A stretch of 29,141 nt of DNA, from positions 1 to 29,141 of the IMG/VR virus record IMGVR_UViG_3300037182_000205; one strand, 5' to 3'. Source of the DNA: a virus (lineage: Duplodnaviria > Caudoviricetes). Shown in pieces: positions 25,756 through 29,141 of the stretch. The position numbers and the translations under genes are program-made. A model generated the notes under the pieces. It was not told the origin of the DNA. It worked only from the letters and a program-made list of their open reading frames with translations, and did no database searches. Position 1 is the first letter of the stretch, and every line of letters begins with the position of its first letter.

Positions 25756-27220
25756 ATTTCGGAACCTCCTTATCCATTGGAACATCCTCCAAGCTCACCT
25801 TCGCCGCACTTTCAAACCGGGTATATGATTTCAGGAACGTCAAACTCACCCTGCCAGTCGGGCCGTTGCGTTGTTTTGGGATTGAAAGATTGACTGGAAC
25901 TGCCTCTTGATCTTGAAATTCGCCGTCCTCATCTTCACCTGTTTTTACCTTGTAAAGAAAGGCCACAAGGTCGGCATCCTGCTCAATCGCCCCACTTTCT
26001 CTAAGGTCAGACAACATCGGCTCGCCGCTGCCGCGCTTTTCTATTTCACGGTTCAATTGCGAAAGAACCAGAATCGGAACGTCCAGTTCTTTTGAAAGTG
26101 TTTTTATCCCGTTGGAAATATCCGCAATTTCCTGCTGCCGATTCTGTGCCTTCCGGGAAGTGGAATGGAGCAACTGCAAGTAGTCAATAACAAATAATTT
26201 AATCCCGTGCTGCTGCCACATCCGGCGCGCGCGCGCTCGCAGTTGCATGATGGAAAGGCCGCACTTGTCGTCAATAAAAATGCACGAATTGGCGAGTTTG
26301 CCAGCGGCCCCAGTCAATTTCGGAAAGTCTCGCTCCACCATGAATCCGTCAGTGATGTTCCGTATGTTGACGCGGGCGCGGGAGCAAAGAAGCCGCATTG
26401 ACAGTTGATCGGCGGTCATTTCCAAAGAGAAAACACCGACTGGAATTTTGCCTTCAAGCGCGACATGCTCCGCAATGTTCATTGCAAGGGATGTCTTCCC
26501 CAGGGACGGCCTGGCCGCAATCACAATCATCTCTCCGCCGTGCATCCCGGTCGTCATTTTATCGAAGTCAACAAAGCCGGTTGGCACTCCCATAATCACA
26601 CCCTTGTTTTCGTGCATCTTTTCGATCCGATCAATCGCCCGCATCATAAGTTCACGGATTGGAGGGGTGCTTGTTTTCCCGCCGTCAATGGTGACTGCGA
26701 GCACGTCGCGTTGCGCCTCGTCAATCAATTCCGTCACGTCCCAGCCCTCGTTTTCATAAATCCGGCTGGAAATGGACGCACAGGTTTGGAGCATTTTTCG
26801 GAGCAGATATTTTTCAACCACGATGTCAATGTAATACTCCATGCCCGCCGCCGTCGGAACCGTATCCGGCAGGGCCGCGAGATAAGCCAAGCCGCCAACA
26901 CCATCCAACAACTTTCGATCTTTAAGCCGCTGTTGCAGGGTGATAAGGTCAATGTGCGTGGACTCATCGTACATTTCCACAAGCGCCTGATAAAGCGTTT
27001 GATGGCGCAAGTCGAAAAACATTTCCGGGCCGGCAGTCAGTTTTTCAATACTCTCCCCGATGCAATCCTTTGGTGAAAGCATGATGCAGCCAAGCACCCC
27101 TTGCTCGCCCTCAATTGAATGCGGCGGTAGCCGGTCTATTTTCGGCACGTTTGATGGCCGATGCCGAAATGTCGGAGAATCCGGCTCTCCCGATTGCTGC
27201 TCAAAAATGGCTTCGCTCAT
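25742..27220 (-). CDS. dnaB: Replicative DNA helicase DnaB
   Basis: PPHSIEGEQGVLG, AARPSLGKT, FSLEM, IDYLQL, LSQLNR, SDLRESGAIEQDAD and KQRNGPTG motifs. Start likely ATG 27220. Confidence 0.97.
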   Translation of the reverse strand: MSEAIFEQQSGEPDSPTFRHRPSNVPKIDRLPPHSIEGEQGVLGCIMLSPKDCIGESIEKLTAGPEMFFDLRHQTLYQALVEMYDESTHIDLITLQQRLKDRKLLDGVGGLAYLAALPDTVPTAAGMEYYIDIVVEKYLLRKMLQTCASISSRIYENEGWDVTELIDEAQRDVLAVTIDGGKTSTPPIRELMMRAIDRIEKMHENKGVIMGVPTGFVDFDKMTTGMHGGEMIVIAARPSLGKTSLAMNIAEHVALEGKIPVGVFSLEMTADQLSMRLLCSRARVNIRNITDGFMVERDFPKLTGAAGKLANSCIFIDDKCGLSIMQLRARARRMWQQHGIKLFVIDYLQLLHSTSRKAQNRQQEIADISNGIKTLSKELDVPILVLSQLNREIEKRGSGEPMLSDLRESGAIEQDADLVAFLYKVKTGEDEDGEFQDQEAVPVNLSIPKQRNGPTGRVSLTFLKSYTRFESAAKVSLEDVPMDKEVPKYDND

Positions 27221-27224
27221 GGCT

Positions 27225-27935
27225 TTAGAAAGCAATCGCCTCACAACACTCCCGGAGACGGCGAAGCAGCGGCTCCGCCCGATCCTCAGACATCCTGGCC
27301 TTCAATGTGTCCCCGGTGTCGTTGCTGGTGACGATGATGGGTTTTTGGTATTGAATCCGCTGGTCAATCAGCGTGAAAATTGTCCCCTCGAAGCTGTCCG
27401 TGAGTTTGTTCTTAAAAATGTCGTCCATGAAAATGATATCCCGCCCAATCATCCGGTCAATCCATTCCTCCACATTTTCAGCGCCACGCGAATAAAGGGC
27501 TGCATATCGCAATCCAGCCATTGAGTCCAGCACCGACACTTTTTTTCCGCTCCAAAATTCCCGGTGGATCAAAGCCCATGCACATCGGGATTTTCCTAGG
27601 CCAGTTTTCCCGTGAAGCATCAATCCCTTTGGAGATAACTGCCATTTCAAAACATCATCCAGTTTTTCCGGCCTTGGAAGTTTGGCTTTCACAATTGATC
27701 GAAATATCGGCGGGCATATGGCAAACCACTTTTTTTCCATTTCTGCTCGTTTTTCATCAGCCTCAGCCTTCTTTCGATCCTCATCGCGCTTTTTCAATAA
27801 TTCAGCATCGCATTTGGGGCACATCTTCTTAAATCGCTTGGGACTGCCCGGAAAATGCTCTGGTGTAAAAGGGACCTTGCATTCAGTGCAAATCCCATAA
27901 ACAGCCGCATCGGATGAAATTGGTGCAGTTTCCAT
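27225..27935 (-). CDS. DnaC/IstB-like AAA+ helicase loader
   Basis: CTEC/CPKC zinc motif, Walker A GKTGLGKS, Walker B IIFMDD, TSN sensor and RRLRE. Start 27935 follows the initiator stop. Confidence 0.9.
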   Translation of the reverse strand: METAPISSDAAVYGICTECKVPFTPEHFPGSPKRFKKMCPKCDAELLKKRDEDRKKAEADEKRAEMEKKWFAICPPIFRSIVKAKLPRPEKLDDVLKWQLSPKGLMLHGKTGLGKSRCAWALIHREFWSGKKVSVLDSMAGLRYAALYSRGAENVEEWIDRMIGRDIIFMDDIFKNKLTDSFEGTIFTLIDQRIQYQKPIIVTSNDTGDTLKARMSEDRAEPLLRRLRECCEAIAF

Positions 27936-27936
27936 A

Positions 27937-28737
27937 TCAAAATCCTTTCGAGTGGTCGGCCACGAGACGGGGCTTTCCCCCGCCACTGCGTTGTCCATTA
28001 ACCTTTTGGGATGCCATATAACCCGCCGCCTTCCATGCTCGGATTGTCGCTTTCCAATCTTTTATCGGTTGGCCGTTGTTCTTCCATCCATTCCCCTCAC
28101 ACCGGGCAAAAAACCAAACTCCGTCATTTTCTGGCAAATTGAGACTTTTACAAAAGGAAACAACCTCCGATTCTGATCCTTTTGCCTTTCCATCCAAGTG
28201 AACAACATCAGGTTTTTCAGAATCGGGTGTGTGTGTTTTTGTATTTTGTTCATTTACATCTGCCTCTGCCCTCTGCCCTCTGCCCTCTGCCCTCTGCCCT
28301 CTGCCCTCTGCCCTGGCGTTAATTGCGTTAGCGTGCGTTACCACTGCGTTACCGGATGCTATTTCTCCTCTGTTTTTGGCTTTAAACTTCGCCACTCTGA
28401 GTCTTGTTTTCTCCCGGCGTTGTTCCTCGCTGGCAATCTTTCGGAAGCGTTCGTAATTGATAATCATCCAACCCCAATCCCGATGATCGTCCAACCTTTT
28501 AAGCCGCCGGCCATCCTCATTTAGCGTCCGGCTCCGCCCGTCAGGCGCTTCAAGTTTCAAAATTGTGCTGCGAATCACCTCCAAAGGCCGGTTTGTGCGC
28601 CGCGCAATCGCCTCATGGGTCATGTCCACCACACCATCCATGTCGGAAAGGACAAGCAAGTCCATGAAAGTGAACCTTGTTTCCGGGTCTTCCACTATGC
28701 TGGAATCGTAAATTTGGCTGAATATCTTGGCAAACAA
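27937..28737 (-). CDS. Phage replication initiator (replisome organiser)
   Basis: FAKIFSQIYDSSI winged-helix N-terminus, low-complexity linker and GWK...IKDWKATIRAW C-terminal domain; upstream of loader and helicase. Confidence 0.85.
   Translation of the reverse strand: MFAKIFSQIYDSSIVEDPETRFTFMDLLVLSDMDGVVDMTHEAIARRTNRPLEVIRSTILKLEAPDGRSRTLNEDGRRLKRLDDHRDWGWMIINYERFRKIASEEQRREKTRLRVAKFKAKNRGEIASGNAVVTHANAINARAEGRGQRAEGRGQRAEADVNEQNTKTHTPDSEKPDVVHLDGKAKGSESEVVSFCKSLNLPENDGVWFFARCEGNGWKNNGQPIKDWKATIRAWKAAGYMASQKVNGQRSGGGKPRLVADHSKGF
28267..28314. repeat. Tandem heptamer (TGCCCTC)x6 plus a partial copy
   Basis: Read directly from the sequence; encodes RAEGRGQ repeats. Confidence 0.95.
28316..28351. 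promoter_or_regulatory. Candidate origin iterons (GCGTTA x4)
   Basis: GCGTTA at 28316, 28325, 28335 and 28346 inside the initiator gene, as for lambda ori within gene O. Confidence 0.5.
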
Positions 28738-28742
28738 GGGAT

Positions 28743-29141
28743 TTATCTCCTCTCAAAAAGCCAAAGTGGCCCGCCGGGCTGCACAGGCACAGTCAGCGCC
28801 CCTGACGGGGTGAGAGAAGCCTTTCTTCCACAACGGGCCACTTTGGCACTTTGATTAACGGTGAACATATCTACTGTTTTGTGCGTGGTGACATTACCCC
28901 CCTTATCGCAGGCTGTCAACGTTTTTCTACAACTATTTTTAAGCCGGCCAATCCGCTCGGTCTTGATCGCGGCTTTCAGGTCTTCCTCCAAGTGCCGCCT
29001 TGCCAGCACCGGGACGTAAGCCAGCCGGATTTTCAAGTGTTCCAGCCTAGCCTTGCGCTGACGCGTGACCGGCAACACCGCCAGCCGGTCAATCTCGGCC
29101 TGGATGGCCGCAGCGTCGTTCCAAAGTGGGCCGGACCTCAT
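28743..29141 (-). CDS. Hypothetical protein, possibly 5'-truncated by the window edge
   Basis: Open from the right edge; stops 5 nt before the initiator start. Confidence 0.5.
   Translation of the reverse strand: MRSGPLWNDAAAIQAEIDRLAVLPVTRQRKARLEHLKIRLAYVPVLARRHLEEDLKAAIKTERIGRLKNSCRKTLTACDKGGNVTTHKTVDMFTVNQSAKVARCGRKASLTPSGALTVPVQPGGPLWLFERR

Noticed and set aside
21628-26571. Other TTGACT hexamers (21628, 26182, 26566) as late promoters
   Set aside because: They are intragenic, lack the TTT at +8 and have no nearby start codon. The copy at 4142 has TTC and remains ambiguous.
28261-28351. Repeats as a CRISPR array
   Set aside because: Units are 6-7 nt with no unique spacers, and no cas genes are present.

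Overview
Most of a tailed (siphovirus-like, lambdoid-organised) phage or prophage, nearly all on the minus strand. Reading right to left: replication module (initiator, DnaC-like loader, host-type DnaB), small ORFs, an HTH regulator, terminase small and large subunits, gpW-like protein, lambda-type portal, head-closure-like protein, protease-capsid fusion, decoration protein, a ~2.2 kb accessory/scar island (RHH gene pair, aberrant tRNA, gene fragments), neck and tail genes, tape measure, tail-tip genes and a fibre/receptor-binding protein that runs off the left edge. No integrase or lysis genes are recognisable. A Verrucomicrobiota host is inferred, not shown, from the DnaB style and the Thr-Asn-rich exported-type proteins. 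Main unusual points: (1) three morphogenesis-module proteins carry Sec-type signal peptides and Thr-Asn-rich mature regions, suggesting export and extracytoplasmic maturation of virion parts; (2) a TTGACT-N8-TTT motif sits just upstream of six late-gene starts and inside the capsid gene; (3) a short-arm tRNA with a Ser GCU anticodon but Arg identity elements; (4) a 7-nt tandem repeat in the replication initiator. All family assignments come from motif recognition and synteny only; no searches were run.
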